Source of the DNA: Phoronis australis
Lineage: Eukaryota; Animalia; Phoronida
Direction of reading: 5' to 3'
Length of the DNA: 64,000 nt
NCBI GenBank assembly: GCA_002633005.1
Contig: NMRA01000069.1
Coordinates: 912,990 to 976,989, forward strand
The notes beneath the pieces were generated by a model. It did not search any database. It was given only the letters and a program-made list of their open reading frames with translations, and had not been told where the DNA came from. The position numbers were made by a program, and so were the translations under genes. Positions 24,501-36,394 of this stretch are shown here, in pieces. Each line of letters begins with the position of its first letter. Within the stretch, counting starts at the first letter, position 1.

Positions 24501-26576
24501 GAGTTCATTGTAAAAATCCCTCCCAGAGTAGAAATTCATTTAGGGTAGTATTAGTAGTTGGGTACATGGACCCTGATTTGAGAAGTAGTTACTTCCACTA
24601 AATAACACCCATTATTATTCACTGGGAGTAATTGGTTCTCAAATCAACTTTAAAGGAGAATGTCACCCAATTTAACTAGTCATTTTTACCGTCTTAATCG
24701 GTCCATATCCACATCACCTCGTATAAGGTCAATCTTATCTCACCGAGAGGTGTCGCGTTAACCTGTGAAGAAGGTGTCACTCAGTAAACGACGCAGCGAT
24801 GTCAGTGGTTCTTCTGCAGAGTGAGTGCCACTATGGCGTGGTGAATCGTTTCCGCTTGTGCAAACTATGACACTGTGAGGAAAGCGGGTATATTGTTTTT
24901 TCGATTTCCTCGAGAGCCCGAAATGCTTCGAAAGTGGCTCGCAGCAGTGAAGAATGAAAAAAACGCCATTGACGAATGCCGGCTTACAAAACAGCTCATG
25001 CCAGGACAGAAAAAGAGACTGATGAGCACTCGTCTGTTATTGTGTGTTCTGTTTCAAAATGAATTATTCTCACTTAATCCAATGCTTAAATAAAACTGAA
25101 ATTTCAAACTAAGTGTCAATGTCTGTCCCAGTAGATACAATTTGTAATGCCTTTGGAGTGTTTGTGAGTGTAAATGTTTTGAGAAGCCAGCACTGAACAA
25201 ATCACTGCATTACGGGTTCAGATGCAATAAAGCTAAATGACCAGGCATCGAGGCCATGTGAGCGCATGCTAATTCAGTGTTTGCTGACAGAAAGCTGTAG
25301 TGAAACAACTTGATTTTATATGCTACGGTCAGATGTTAGGGGAATCTTATTTTAGATTGTTTGCCCTGACGGTTCTGTGGAAGGGGAACCTGATTTCGTG
25401 GCCCCGACGAGTAAGTAGATTTGCAGTCTCGCGGCTAATTCACAAAAATAATCACGTGCAGATTAGTTCTTTGGCTCACTAGTATAGTCTTTTCGTGAGT
25501 GGAAGTTTGGCGGGTTTACGTTCTTGATGTCTTCAGTTCGGCCGCTGTGGACCTGATGGGGTTCCAAGCCACTGGCTGGGATAACAAGTGTTTTGTGTGT
25601 TTAGAACTGAAAAAATCGCAGGTCTAAAATTACAACACACAGCTTTGTTCTCCTGTCTGTATTTCACGGAAGAATAATTAGAATTTATCACTGAACAGAC
25701 CCCAAACTCCCACGACCAACCTTGGTAAATTGGCCAATTGAACTTTGTAGGCTACGGTATGTTCAAATACCTATAGCTCCGAACAGCGAAATAAAATTTA
25801 TTTATCTATTATTTATTAATTTATTAATGTAATATTTACAATGAGGGTAGCTCCATCAGTTCACATTGCTTTCCATAGGGGCCCTCAACAATTAAATCAA
25901 GAACTCAATGTGTTTTTAAGGGTTTTTACATAGAATTTTTATGATTTATTGGTGTAAAATGGTGAATTCAAGCGATAAGCTGAAACCAGTAAGCCTGTTG
26001 TGAACTGCTGAACCGAATCTGTGACGTCATTGGTTTATTTCAACACCTCCGTCTGCTGTCAGGTAAAAAAACTCAGCTTGCTGTTATCGAGTGGAACTAC
26101 TCAACCTAAGTTGATACAAAATAGGTTGTTTTTTGGGCGGCATTCTCCTTTAAATCAGGGACTCATCTATCCGACTATTACCCAGCTTTGCGTTTGTCCC
26201 CTATCCCCCCGTTCATTGCAAAAGTGATCCAGATTGTCACTTATTTTCGTCCTTTTATCGTAAAAAGCCAGTTTTCCTTCCCCTGCTGAATACTTCTAGC
26301 TACGCTAGTAATCACTGGAATCTGACTGCGGGTTACGCCGTTTGAGAACAGACACACAGAAGACAATTGACAAATGAAGAAATATTGTTTACCAAGTGGA
26401 ACTTTTCTGCTAGCAGCTGTACTTCTCATTTGCGATTTGGTTGACTTTTTTGGTTCTGCCTTGTATTTGAGTTTTTTCATCCATAATGGGCGCGTAGTAG
26501 CGTTTAAAGGTCCGACATCGTGACCAAGAGCAGTCAATCTTTTTCTCAAATCCGTATCGGTTAAAGTGTCCGCCAT
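9461..26576 (-). CDS. LEMD3: Inner nuclear membrane protein MAN1 (LEM domain-containing protein 3), 14 coding exons, about 722 aa
   Basis: Manually spliced exons 26576-26393, 23814-23023, 21928-21873, 20934-20853, 19962-19886, 15947-15889, 15351-15206, 14260-14159, 13590-13488, 12722-12553, 11856-11766, 11043-10941, 10774-10696, 9585-9461. All introns are GT-AG, phases are consistent and the total is 2169 nt. Motifs: LEM domain, GFSSDES, two TM helices, [85 protein letters not shown], all matching MAN1. Confidence 0.96.
9929..10154 (-). mobile_element. hAT-like MITE in LEMD3 intron 13
   Basis: CAGGGCTTGGA...TCTAAGCCCTG; 8-bp TSD gttgtgag/gttgtgac. Confidence 0.8.
10696..10774 (-). CDS. LEMD3: LEMD3 exon 13 (UHM)
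   Basis: [26 protein letters not shown]; donor GTAGGT. Confidence 0.95.
10941..11043 (-). CDS. LEMD3: LEMD3 exon 12 (UHM)
   Basis: EVGEWEVGVCDVILEKCQDINDIVHISVDKTSTE; donor GTGAGG. Confidence 0.95.
11766..11856 (-). CDS. LEMD3: LEMD3 exon 11 (start of UHM/RRM)
   Basis: [30 protein letters not shown]; donor GTAAGT. Confidence 0.95.
12423..12565. repeat. Degenerate ~20-bp minisatellite overlapping the LEMD3 exon-10 donor
   Basis: About 6-7 units resembling caccccttaccttgcccctgt. Confidence 0.7.
12553..12722 (-). CDS. LEMD3: LEMD3 exon 10 (end of winged helix, WQGQ motif)
   Basis: [56 protein letters not shown]; donor GTAAGG. Confidence 0.95.
13488..13590 (-). CDS. LEMD3: LEMD3 exon 9 (winged helix)
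   Basis: [35 protein letters not shown]. Confidence 0.94.
13786..13873. repeat. AT-rich palindrome (38-bp arms, 1 mismatch) in LEMD3 intron 8
   Basis: atatgattaatttcattttttaataaatgtcatgtcat, 12-nt loop, atgacatgacatttattaacaaatgaaattaatcatat. Confidence 0.85.
14159..14260 (-). CDS. LEMD3: LEMD3 exon 8 (end of TM2, start of winged helix)
   Basis: AAILAFVAWILYRYDQRKKYEERALVYNMVENII; donor GTGAGC. Confidence 0.92.
15206..15351 (-). CDS. LEMD3: LEMD3 exon 7 (end of lumenal domain, start of TM2)
   Basis: LLGEDNSVLALDPTKVWYIESTTPYYPLLCRMKRFLKQMLNWIIGLIL (ESTxP..CR motif); donor GTATGT. Confidence 0.92.
15889..15947 (-). CDS. LEMD3: LEMD3 exon 6
   Basis: Acceptor gtttttcag; GVNLTVMFHLIMKNEHWGIR; donor GTTAGT. 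Confidence 0.85.
16002..16401. mobile_element. Harbinger-like MITE with CWG target and internal TCGAG/CTCGA repeats
   Basis: cag|GGCCCGGTCTCcAATCTT ... AAGATTaGAGACCGGGCC|ctg; long imperfect TIR. Confidence 0.78.
16910..18341. mobile_element. Tc1/mariner (pogo/Tigger-like) non-autonomous element in LEMD3 intron 5
   Basis: TA|CCGTATTCGCCGTAATAACCGCCCA ... TGGGCGGTTATTACAGCGAATACGG|TA; subterminal TAAGCGCCC repeats at both ends. Confidence 0.85.
19886..19962 (-). CDS. LEMD3: LEMD3 exon 5 (lumenal)
   Basis: Acceptor ttctttccacag; GQHDCGYAAKYKDRHLTLLEVMNAAK, completing the AGxxxCG motif of the MAN1 family; donor GTATCT. Confidence 0.87.
20853..20934 (-). CDS. LEMD3: LEMD3 exon 4 (lumenal)
   Basis: Acceptor tcttacag; GPCFTSGDVSKALAALKPLYNILSTNAG; donor GTAGTA. 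Confidence 0.85.
21873..21928 (-). CDS. LEMD3: LEMD3 exon 3 (lumenal)
   Basis: Acceptor ttgtttcag; KDNLMLCETGALSGSKKTV; donor GTAAAT; phase 1 to 0 fits its neighbours. Confidence 0.78.
23023..23814 (-). CDS. LEMD3: LEMD3 exon 2 (disordered nucleoplasmic region and TM1)
   Basis: Acceptor ttttcag; starts GFSSDESEDE; Ser/Thr-rich; TM YISIILLLGLTCFFLLLGATYINL; donor GTAAGT. Confidence 0.93.
24654..26149 (+). mobile_element. Kolobok-type element with THAP remnant in LEMD3 intron 1
   Basis: TTAA at 24650-24653 and 26150-26153; TIR AGGAGAATGTCACCCAA / TTGGGCGGCATTCTCCT; THAP-like GILFFRFPREPEMLRKWLAAVK. Confidence 0.82.
26393..26576 (-). CDS. LEMD3: LEMD3 exon 1 (LEM domain)
   Basis: MADTLTDTDLRKRLTALGHDVGPLNATTRPLWMKKL fits the LEM consensus (GPxxxTTRxxxxKKL); donor GTAAAC, phase 1. 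Confidence 0.95.
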
Positions 26577-26587
26577 TGCGGCGAAAA

Positions 26588-26603
26588 CAGGAAGTGCGGA
26601 AGT
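26588..26603. promoter_or_regulatory. Tandem ETS/GABP-like sites just upstream of the LEMD3 ATG
   Basis: CAGGAAGTGCGGAAGT, 12-27 bp upstream of the start codon; typical of housekeeping promoters. Confidence 0.5.
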
Positions 26604-28833
26604 AATTAGATCGCCCTCTTGCGGTTAGGAGATCAAACTTCAAGGTTTGCATCCCAGCTGTGCAAAAAGGTGGCCATGACACCATTAAAGGCCTCCCTCC
26701 ATATGCAAGGCTATAAAATTTCAAAAACAGCTTGATTGAAAAATAACCTGCAATTGATGCTATCATTAATCGTGGCAACTCGTTGTCAGGTTCACTCTTT
26801 ACATGAAGTAAAAAAAATCAAAAAGCTAAAAAGAGTCAGATAATTCCATTATCGCTTGCCAGAAAGTCTCCCTAGAGAAATGCTTTGTCTTAGTCAAAAA
26901 TCTGTGTCCGACTTCAGGCTCAAGAACAAACTCGTCGACTAAGTTACGTGCTACACCAGTTTCGATGCTGTTTCATTTTTACAAAAGATTAATTGAAAAT
27001 CGCAAAATCAAATATCCGAAGTGGGAAGAGAGAATGGAACGGCTTGCTAGAATAGATTTTACTAGCAGGAAATGATGTGCAGGAGAAGGATTGGTGCGTC
27101 CGCGAACAAAAAAATATGTGCGCGAGACGACAAGTGTGATCCAGGGATAGCGTGAATGAGAAAAGAATTTTATTACTTGGTCAAATTAGTTACTGAGAAA
27201 CACAAAATATGCGATGATGTGAATATAAAGTACTAGTAGGTTGAAAATTGCCAAATGTTTTTAAGGACGAGTTTTGTGTCGAAAATCATCCATCACGTGG
27301 TGTTGGGGAATAACACTGCATGATGCGGGCTATTAGTTATTTAAAATAATAAGTTGTTTTTTACGTTTCGAGAAAGAATTCTTAAGTTTGATACAAGTTT
27401 TTGTCTTAAGTTTTGTCTAAATTTTAACTAACTTACCAGATGTGGAAGTTTGAAGGTTTGAAAGTTAAGATAAATCTTAGACTTCAATAAAATGGACTAA
27501 TAAGTCAGTTTCTTGGAACGGACCCGTTCCATAATTTGATATTCATTAGAAGCCTTGTCATCCCATACCGTTCCTGAACTTGCTAACATCAATACTGTGT
27601 AGGCCTATAGACATCATAGTAATGTGTGTTTGCACGTACATATGCGTTGAATTAGAACATAGAGACCAGAATAACAACTACTTACAAACGACTCGACGAA
27701 CGTCTGTTCTAATTAGTGATTCCACACAAGTGCTCGTCAAAAAAAAATGCCCACCACATTTCCTGAAAACAACTGCAGCCATGCAAATAAGGGTTAAGTA
27801 CATATATAAGTTCAACCGTCTGTCTTGCACATAACACACACAATTTGAGCATACCACGTGCGTAGTTTAAATGAATGTTATTAACAACACTCAGACTACT
27901 TTGAATTCAATATTGTATTTTATATGTGGCCATGCGTTTTTTGTTAGAAATGCCGTTTTTTGATTTTTTGAAATGTACATTGATAAGGAAAAAGTCATTT
28001 CAAAAACATTTATCAAACGTCCTGTATTAAAACTTGGATAAAATTGCTTGAAAATGGTCTGAGATTTTCCATAACTTGCCCCGATGTTTTTCTTAATGGC
28101 AAGGATACGCTCAGCGTTGATAAACACTTCGTACAGGTTTAACTAGACAGAAGAGTCAATTTCTTTCACGTATTTAATATCATTTATAAACAGGTACAAC
28201 AAAGAAAACAAACAAATAAGTACATTCATTCATTCTCGCATTCACACCTCAGGAGAGACCATCCTCTTATCTCGTATAGAGTAAACAACCTCTACATGGA
28301 GTTAAGGTGAACAATGAAATTTCCCCATTTCGTAGGGAAGCTGTCATATACAAAGTTTTTATATGCAATTAATTTTTCAGCATAATAGTGCTCATACGTA
28401 TATATAACGAACTTGTGAATATTATGCATATTTTTGTGACATCTCTCCTTGTAAATGTTTGGATAGTAAAAGCAAAATGTTAAATAGAGAATCATGATTT
28501 TCAGACGAGTCAAGTTACTAAGTAAGCGGAAGCAGCGTTCAAGTACCAGAGCGGAGATGGAAACCCATGGGTGCCTCAGTTTGAATGACCACCTTTCCTG
28601 AGGGAGTGCGCGACAAATAAAATTTTAAAATCTAAATACTAGATCAGTTAAGGGTAATCATTACTAGAAATTTCCTGTATTGCTTGAAGTTATTAAATGG
28701 ACGTTTTTGCATCGTCTCAACAGCATACCGATATGCTCCTATTAATTTAAGACATATACGTCCATACATTCGAAGCTGTGTCAATGTTCAGACTTGGGGA
28801 CCTTAGAAATTACGTTTGCCCTTTAGCTACAAT

Positions 28834-30470
28834 TGACCTATCGCCAGCCTCCCGTTCAGTAACGCTAGGACCTCGCTAAAAAGCAAGACTTCGCGAGATT
28901 ACGTGAGATATTGCCGTGCATTTTAAATGAGAGCACGTGACTTTGACTAGGTTTTAGCTAGGTCCTAGCGTAGGTCCTAGCGTCTACTGAACGCACGCCA
29001 GGCTTCTGAAGGCTTAACTAACCAATCAGAACGCAGCATTCTCGACACAACTTCGTCTGCGTTTCCAAGACGCCATTTTACCCGACAAACAATGTCGTCG
29101 ATAAAGCTTATTTTCGTCTATAGTTCAAAAAATTGTGCGATAAAAATGATGAAACGGAGTTGATATGGCGTGTGTAGTTCTGACTGCCGTTAAACAGCTA
29201 GAGAGGAATATCCTGTTATTTTGGGCATTCTCTAAGCCGAAAACTGTCGACTGAGTAAACGATGGATCAAACTGTGAACGGCTGGCACACGACACACGAG
29301 CAGCTAAACTTAACAACGTTGCTGGATTACTCGAAGGTTTAACACAAATATATTTGTTCTAAGATACGTACTTTTCAGTTTGATGGCTATACTGTAGGCC
29401 TGTCTGATTTTGACTCCGGAATTTCACTCATGTGGGGGCCTCTGTCTCGGCATCAGCTGGACCCAGCACTAGTCTAGCGGTATTCCCCGGAAAGTTGTTT
29501 TTAAGGACATTTTTATTATTTTTCATTTATTTCGACCTATAACAGACATCGCTCTGTTTCGTAGCACAGGTACAGTTTTTGTTATTCATATACCCGTAGG
29601 CTGGCGTTCAACTGAACTTCTCACCAAAATTGATAGATTCGATTGGCACATGCTGGGAGGGCACTAAATTACTGAACTCAAAGCTTCGTTCGAGCTGTTG
29701 TCACAAAAAATAAACAGTTGAATCACTTTTTCATGAGAACTTCTAGTACACAATACGCCTGAAGAGTTAAGAAGAGCTCATTTTGTAGTTGTTCAAACAC
29801 GGTACGTGGATTTATGAAGCTTTAAAACACATTTTTAGTTATTTTTTTTAAATGGCCACTTTTTGCCACTCCACCAGACTCGTCATACCACAGCTTAGTG
29901 ATCATGCAGGTTTAAAATTAAATGCAAACTACCTTTATGCAATGAAACAACAAAAATATGAAGCCTAACTTAAATGTCTTTATGGTGCACTGAATTACGG
30001 CCAATTCCATGCGTTATTTGACTTTTGGACACAGCCCTGGACCTACCGGATATCGGTGAATCTTCACTGATTTTGTTCGAAATATCCTAAAATCTATGGC
30101 ATCATACAGATAATTCGACTTTAACGAAAATACCCAGCTTTACATGAACGTATCGGATCAGTGGCCTTGTCAGTTTTCAAGTGAAGGTGAACCCCGTGTG
30201 GGGTTCGGATTTTCGCTGGCTCCGAAATACTTTTCCTCAAACCCTTTTTTTCATCGACGCAGCTTAACCAATTCCCATGTCATGAACGTACGATTCTCAG
30301 CTGAAGAGTATGCCTGTTGTCTTTGTCAAAGCGTTTTCGGAAAGTGCAAAAAACGCCCACCAATTCCACCAGGAGCGTCGTCTAGCGACTGTGTATTTGC
30401 CTCTGACATTTTGCTCGTTTGTCGGGTGTCACGTGACTTTTCGCAAGGAGGCGGAGCTTGCGATAGGTCA
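28834..30470. mobile_element. PIF/Harbinger-ISL2EU-like element (AWT flanks), degenerate, left TIR interrupted by a MITE
   Basis: aat|TGACCTATCGC ... GCGATAGGTCA|att; ACCCGACAAAC followed by an inward-facing ATG near both ends. Confidence 0.55.
28848..28998 (+). mobile_element. Harbinger-like MITE, CAG TSD (copy 1)
   Basis: cag|CCTCCCGTTCAGTAACGCTAGG...CTACTGAACGCACGC|cag; colinear with 63506-63654. Confidence 0.78.
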
Positions 30471-33149
30471 ATTAATAGTCTGAGAGGCCATTGAGACAAC
30501 ACGAGGTCTTAATTTTCACTCCGCCTGATTGTCACAACCCTCCATCTACTTCGATCTGAGCGCTCTCACGAGGCGAGGTCCCTTATTTTCGTGCGTGGCC
30601 CTAAGCGGCATGTGCCCATCCCACGGGCACCGCAAATTTTAAATAACCTCTCAATAGGAACGAGACGGGGGTCCTTAATTACCTTGCAATAAGGGCTGAT
30701 CCGAGACTTTGGGCAAATGTGAATTTTTACAGGATTTGTCGATTGAAACAGAACACGAGTGTCCGAATTGAACAGATTTTCAATCGACTCGGACGTGTCG
30801 TTTACGACCTTTGAACCGCCTCGTCTGTCTACAGACAAAGTTAAGCACAAAAGATCTCCCGGAATGTGCAGACTTTACTTTATTCTCGTCCATGGTAACG
30901 CAGAATTCATCATGTAGGTTTGGAATGAATCAAACTGAATCTTTTGTAATGATAGACATACCGAGGTTTGCATTTTGGTATTATTGGCCACGGGCGCCTG
31001 AAATCTTTACTGAGACAGGGAACATGAACGTGATGAAGAGAGTGATGAAGACGGATAATACGCTATTTTTATTCGTTGTCAAGTTCAAGGTTTCTAGCGT
31101 TTGTACGTGACTTGTCGGCATTTTGCCCTACACGTATCTGATTTTAGCTCATGTTGACAATGACAGTTTTGCAATGTAAGGACTTGTAAATTTAGTTGTA
31201 TTTTGTAAATTTAAGAAGGTTAGTAAAACTTGACCCTAGATCCCCTGTTCCACATGTGCCGTTGTACACAATTTTTGATTAACTCTACGTTCTGCCACGG
31301 CTTTTGACATTCATTTTCAATTCCGTTAGGTCTCAGAGATTCCCTCGGCGGAGGCATTGTGATTGGCGATATCGCCGGACTGGGAGGGCACGCAAGGAGC
31401 AATGGAAGGGACTAGTGAAAGGAGACGTGGATTTTGTCAATATTGCTGAATATATGCAGATCGGGGATGACCTACGGATTAGTGAGAGAGGCATATGAAA
31501 TTGTTGGTGACTGCGCAAGCACAAAGCAACACCGATGTCATACGTACCATTAACGCTTCGGAGTGCACGGCGTCGATTATGTCGCGATCTGTGTAAAGTA
31601 TTATCTTATTTAGATTAAGTCAGATTACTTTCCCAAACGGGTTTTTGACGAAAAACGCGACATTATCCTAGTTCTAATTTTGGCCACCGAAAACAGTACA
31701 CCCCTTTATTAAAAATGGGTTAAAGGTTAGAAACAAAGGACGAGAGCGTAGACAAGTTTCCATCACTTGAAACGTCGATATTCTACATGGACGTTGGAGA
31801 AAAACATCAGTCTGGTGACAGCAACACGCGCGGAATCGTACGAAGGCGATGATTTTCAAAATTCGATTCGTTGTGTTGTCTCTCATTTTTTCCCTACAGT
31901 TCAGGATTATTTGAGGCTACAGGAACAAGAACTGAACGAGGCAGGGTTCGTGACAACATTGGTGAACGGTAATATCTATTTAAGGTCACAGTTACAACTG
32001 TCATCGATATTGTCATCTCCTCTGTTTTCATCCCGCAGCCTTCCCAGATGAAAACTTGAATGAAGAGTGAGGACCTTCAGTACTTGAGTGAGCACGGTAT
32101 ACTGTGTGATTTATGTTCAATTATTAAACGGTTCTTTTAAGAACCATTTCACGCTATACATAAGGCTCATGCACACTACAACCTACGGCCCTTTTAAGGG
32201 ACACTCAACTCTTCCCAGCCAGAAGAACTGCTCACGTGAGAATGTTGAATTATAAACATGCAAAGGTTAAACTAGTCAAATCGTTGCAGAGGCGCATTTT
32301 TTAATTCGAACAAAATTAATATTTTTTAAAACCAAAAACGTTATATAAGTATCTTTTGCATTCACAGGTACTCCTTGGAATTTGTGCACAAACATGCTTT
32401 CGTAGTTTTCTCAGTAGGCCTATGTGAACCATAAATCACAAACCGTCCGATAACTATGCTGCTATGCTATTGTGCAAGCAGACGACATAATCAATCGGCA
32501 CAGAAGTTTGAATTTTGTAATTAATTACCAGTAGCATTACCAAAAGTACTCACGATACCAACACTTCTACTATTTAAAGATTTTGAACATCGTTTCAATT
32601 CCGAAATTAATATTTTTACGTTGTACTGGACAGTAAAGTAGATGCAAATATTTCTCATCAAAATACACTAACGGGAAACTGCACCAGAAAATTTAGGAGA
32701 GCACGGAAGAAAATGTCGGAGTTGCGAATCTGTTGCTGCAGCCCGACCAACCCGCGATCGAGGACGACCGGAAAGCGATCGAGAACGAAATTTGGCGCGA
32801 CAAGCGAAGCCAGGCAAGGTGAGTAAATTTGATGAATTTTCGTTGTTTTTACTTCCAATGTGAAAACAGAGACATGATTTCAAGGCGTAACACATTTAGG
32901 AAGGACAGGTAGAGGTTTAGGCTAGTGTCTCTCCCAATTATAGGAGAAAAGTTACGTTGACCGAGGCATCGCTTGAGCCGAAGGTGATTTGAATGTCATT
33001 TTGGCAAATTGCCGTTATTTTTGGCACTAAATCAATAAATTGACCATGGACTTATGAAGAAATGACGTGTGAAAATATAACGCAACGCATGTTAATTTTT
33101 TGTAGTTTTGTCAGGATCGCTGATTTTTCGACGCTTTTCTGTTGAAAGA

Positions 33150-35301
33150 TGCGATCAAGAACGCAACGATGAGCGATCGGCAACGCAAATTTGTGTTCGT
33201 TTATGCGATCGGGAACGCATTGTGGTGTGTCGAACAGTAATGAACTTTTTACTTATAAAACGTGAAAAAAGTTACAAAATAAGTGTAGTGCAATCACATT
33301 TTGTGTTGTTACTGTGTTACTTTCGTATCAGAACTGAACAACAACATAGCATATTTCCATTAAATTGCCATGAGCATTACATGTACATCAAGCATAATTT
33401 TAGATTCACAAACGAATTTATTCACATTTCAGGAAACAATTTCACTGTTAATGTGAGGCGAGCTTCAACGAACATATTAACCACGACGTGAAGGTACACC
33501 CGACCAGGGTTTTGAAAAGTACAGGCCAAGCATCTACTTTTAGACCAAACCATTGAGAACAAGGGTTTCTAAACTGAAGACTCACTCAGGAGTTGTTCCA
33601 TGTGGCCCGTCAGCCAAGGGTAAACAAATTGTTGTAGCACCGAGATGAAAGCGAGTGTAAAATTTTCTTGTTTTGTGACAGCGAAAGGACAAAAAACAAA
33701 TAGCCAGTGAAGTCAAAGAATGATGATGAGCTTGCCCATGGGGAGAGAGGGGAGTGCGGCAACACTTCACGAGATGATTCAAAGATTCTCACTTGTAAAC
33801 GTCTGGGATCAAAAAATTGGCCAGAAGTTGTGTAAACTGGTGTGCTGATAAAACGGGTGGGATTTTACTTGATGTTTTACTAATAACATTGAGACAGAGA
33901 TGAGCAGATTGACTTGTGGCACCGTGTGGCTTGAATGTACGTTGCGTTTGACTCTTCTGTTTTGTAGTATTGGTCCTAAGTTCACCTGCATCATCAGTTC
34001 ATAATCTCGAGTTTAATGTGACATAAGATTGAGAGTTATAATACACATACTATATTGTGATTTTCTCAAAACATAGTCAACATGTTGTCATTAACGTCAC
34101 TTCAACTTCACACTGTAGTGATTTACACAGGAAATCAACAATATTATAGCATTTCTATTATAATATTAATCTTTTATCACACACACCTCAAAATTGGTCT
34201 TACAAAAATATATAAATTTATTTATAAGGAAATCAACAAAACAAATGCTTTTGGAGTGTATTAGACTAAATCATCACTGAATCATAGACAGTGTATTTAG
34301 GACTGATTGATAGTATAACAGTCTCTCACATGAAATCCACAACAATATGAAAGCAATTCCTACAATAATCATAGACATATATTTTCATTTAAAATACTCA
34401 TTGGTCAGAACAATTGTATGTATGCCCAATGACACTTAGTATGGCCATTTAAATCTACCTAAACACTACAAAAATGTACTGGTTCTGTCAAAGATCCTTT
34501 TGAAATAACACAAATATAGAAAGAAACTTAAGGGAAAAAGTTTCAAACCAAAACGTCAAAATACTATCACACCAGACAACTACCAACCACAGACTTTGTA
34601 AATCTGAATAAACTATAGTGACTTAATAAACTTCAGCACTGGACTTAACAATTTCATTCATGACCTTTCTGCTTGCTATGCCTATAGAAGGAGGCATACT
34701 GTTAGCATGACATGCCACATTCACCACAAAAAGGAGTGTCCTCGTGCTGTGACGCAGTGTCGCACCAGGCTCACTCTTTCCGTGAAGCAGTGATCACAGA
34801 TAGGACACTGAATCGACTTGGTTCCTGAGCACGATGCTTCATGCTGTGTTTTATTATATTGGTAAAATCTCTTGACGCATGCAACGCGTGAATCACAGGG
34901 CTGGTAAAGGTCTTGCTTTGTTGTAGTGTCACTGTATTTTATTGCCATGTGGTCATACTAAGTCGATTTCTTAGTTCCTGAACGAGGCTCCNAGCGTGGA
35001 CGTTAACACCCTGAAGGACTCGTCCTGTGGCTACAGTTCAACTGAAAAAAAAAAATCAAACGCATTCAGTTATGTTTGTTAGATTAAATCTCACTTAGAA
35101 ATAATGAAAATATGATGAAACGTAATTAATAATTAACCCATCAACTAATTCAGGCTCCGTATTATTCTAAAAGTATTGACATAATACCCTTACTTGAACG
35201 ACTATTCAGGCCAATGCACAGAAAAAATGTACGTTCACGATCGCTTTTTTTTGCGTTCACGATCGCCATAGAGAATTAACGACATCGTTCCTGATCGCCG
35301 T
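33150..35301 (-). mobile_element. Probable decayed Mutator-like element with a C2H2 zinc-finger remnant
   Basis: Inward-facing GCGATCnnGAACG motif clusters at 33150-33218 (+) and 35231-35300 (-); internal minus-strand CPICDHCFTERVSLVRHC (34721-34948). The family call is inferred. Confidence 0.4.
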
Positions 35302-35439
35302 CTCACACAAGGACCTGCTTGTATTGGTAAATATCTCAAATTGTTTCACAAATCATAACTAACGAAGGTGTCGCCTGCGCGAGATTCCCGCTAAAGTTTT
35401 CCTGACATAACAAGTACAAGCATTTTTACCTTTTCCATT

Positions 35440-36394
35440 TTTTAGTCCAAAATTATGCGCCACTTATTTCCCTATAGTCTATAATTGTGAGAACTGTTGA
35501 GTCAGTCATTGTTCTATCTCGGTTGTGATAAGTTCGATCATACTTTACTTTTGTTTACGAGTCAGTCAACATGCCACATACTTACTGCATACCGGGATGT
35601 ACTCATTATCGTCTTGTGCACTCTAGGTGTACCATTACATCACTACATGCAGTTCGACACCCAGTGAGGAGGACAGTTCGTCGTTCAATGAATTGGTCTG
35701 TGAGCCAAATTTTGATAAGTTTGTTCTGGACTTGTCTAAAGTATTGGAGCTATTTAGAAGATGCCAGGTGTATGTATGTGTGACGAAGGAGTCACATGGC
35801 GGTATGCAAGCGGTTTGGGTGCTCAGGTGACCATCCAGTGGAAACAGCATAGACATTCCATTGAGGTCGGCATTACAGTGCACTCCGTGCATTTGCACCA
35901 AGACGTCCCACCACATCTGTCTTCAGTCTCTGCCTCATTCCTCTCAAAAGCTGTGCCTGTGCGTACTCTGCCTCATACTCGCGCTCAAACATATATATAC
36001 CTGTTATGTTATGGATGAATATAGTAGACACTAGATAAACACAGATTGACTAGGAACAGTATATATGTGGTTTATTTTAATATGGCTCAGACTGGAAGAA
36101 GAGGGAGGAAGCTCTCTAGTACAGCCACCCACTGACCGTCCGTGAAAAAAATACACAATCACCACTGCTATGACATGGGTGGCACAGCACTGAAAAAATG
36201 GGGGCTAAAGCCCCCCTGCCCCCTCTGTAGTGAACCTCCCATGAACAATATCTCCGTTGCTCACGTTGTTACGGTCACTGTGAGATGGGTTGCTGACGAG
36301 AAGCTCTACAGTAATTAATTGAAAAATATGTATTGTATAACCAACGAACCTTATTTTTTACTAAAAATAACATGAAAAAAGGTTACCTTCGCCT
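35440..36394 (+). mobile_element. Second, deleted copy of the same Kolobok/THAP family
   Basis: 35487-35615 matches 39189-39315 (gagtcagtcattgttcta..caacATGCCAC); 35656-35832 matches 43148-43303; right end GGTTACCTTCGCCT followed by TTAA at 36395-36398. Confidence 0.8.
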
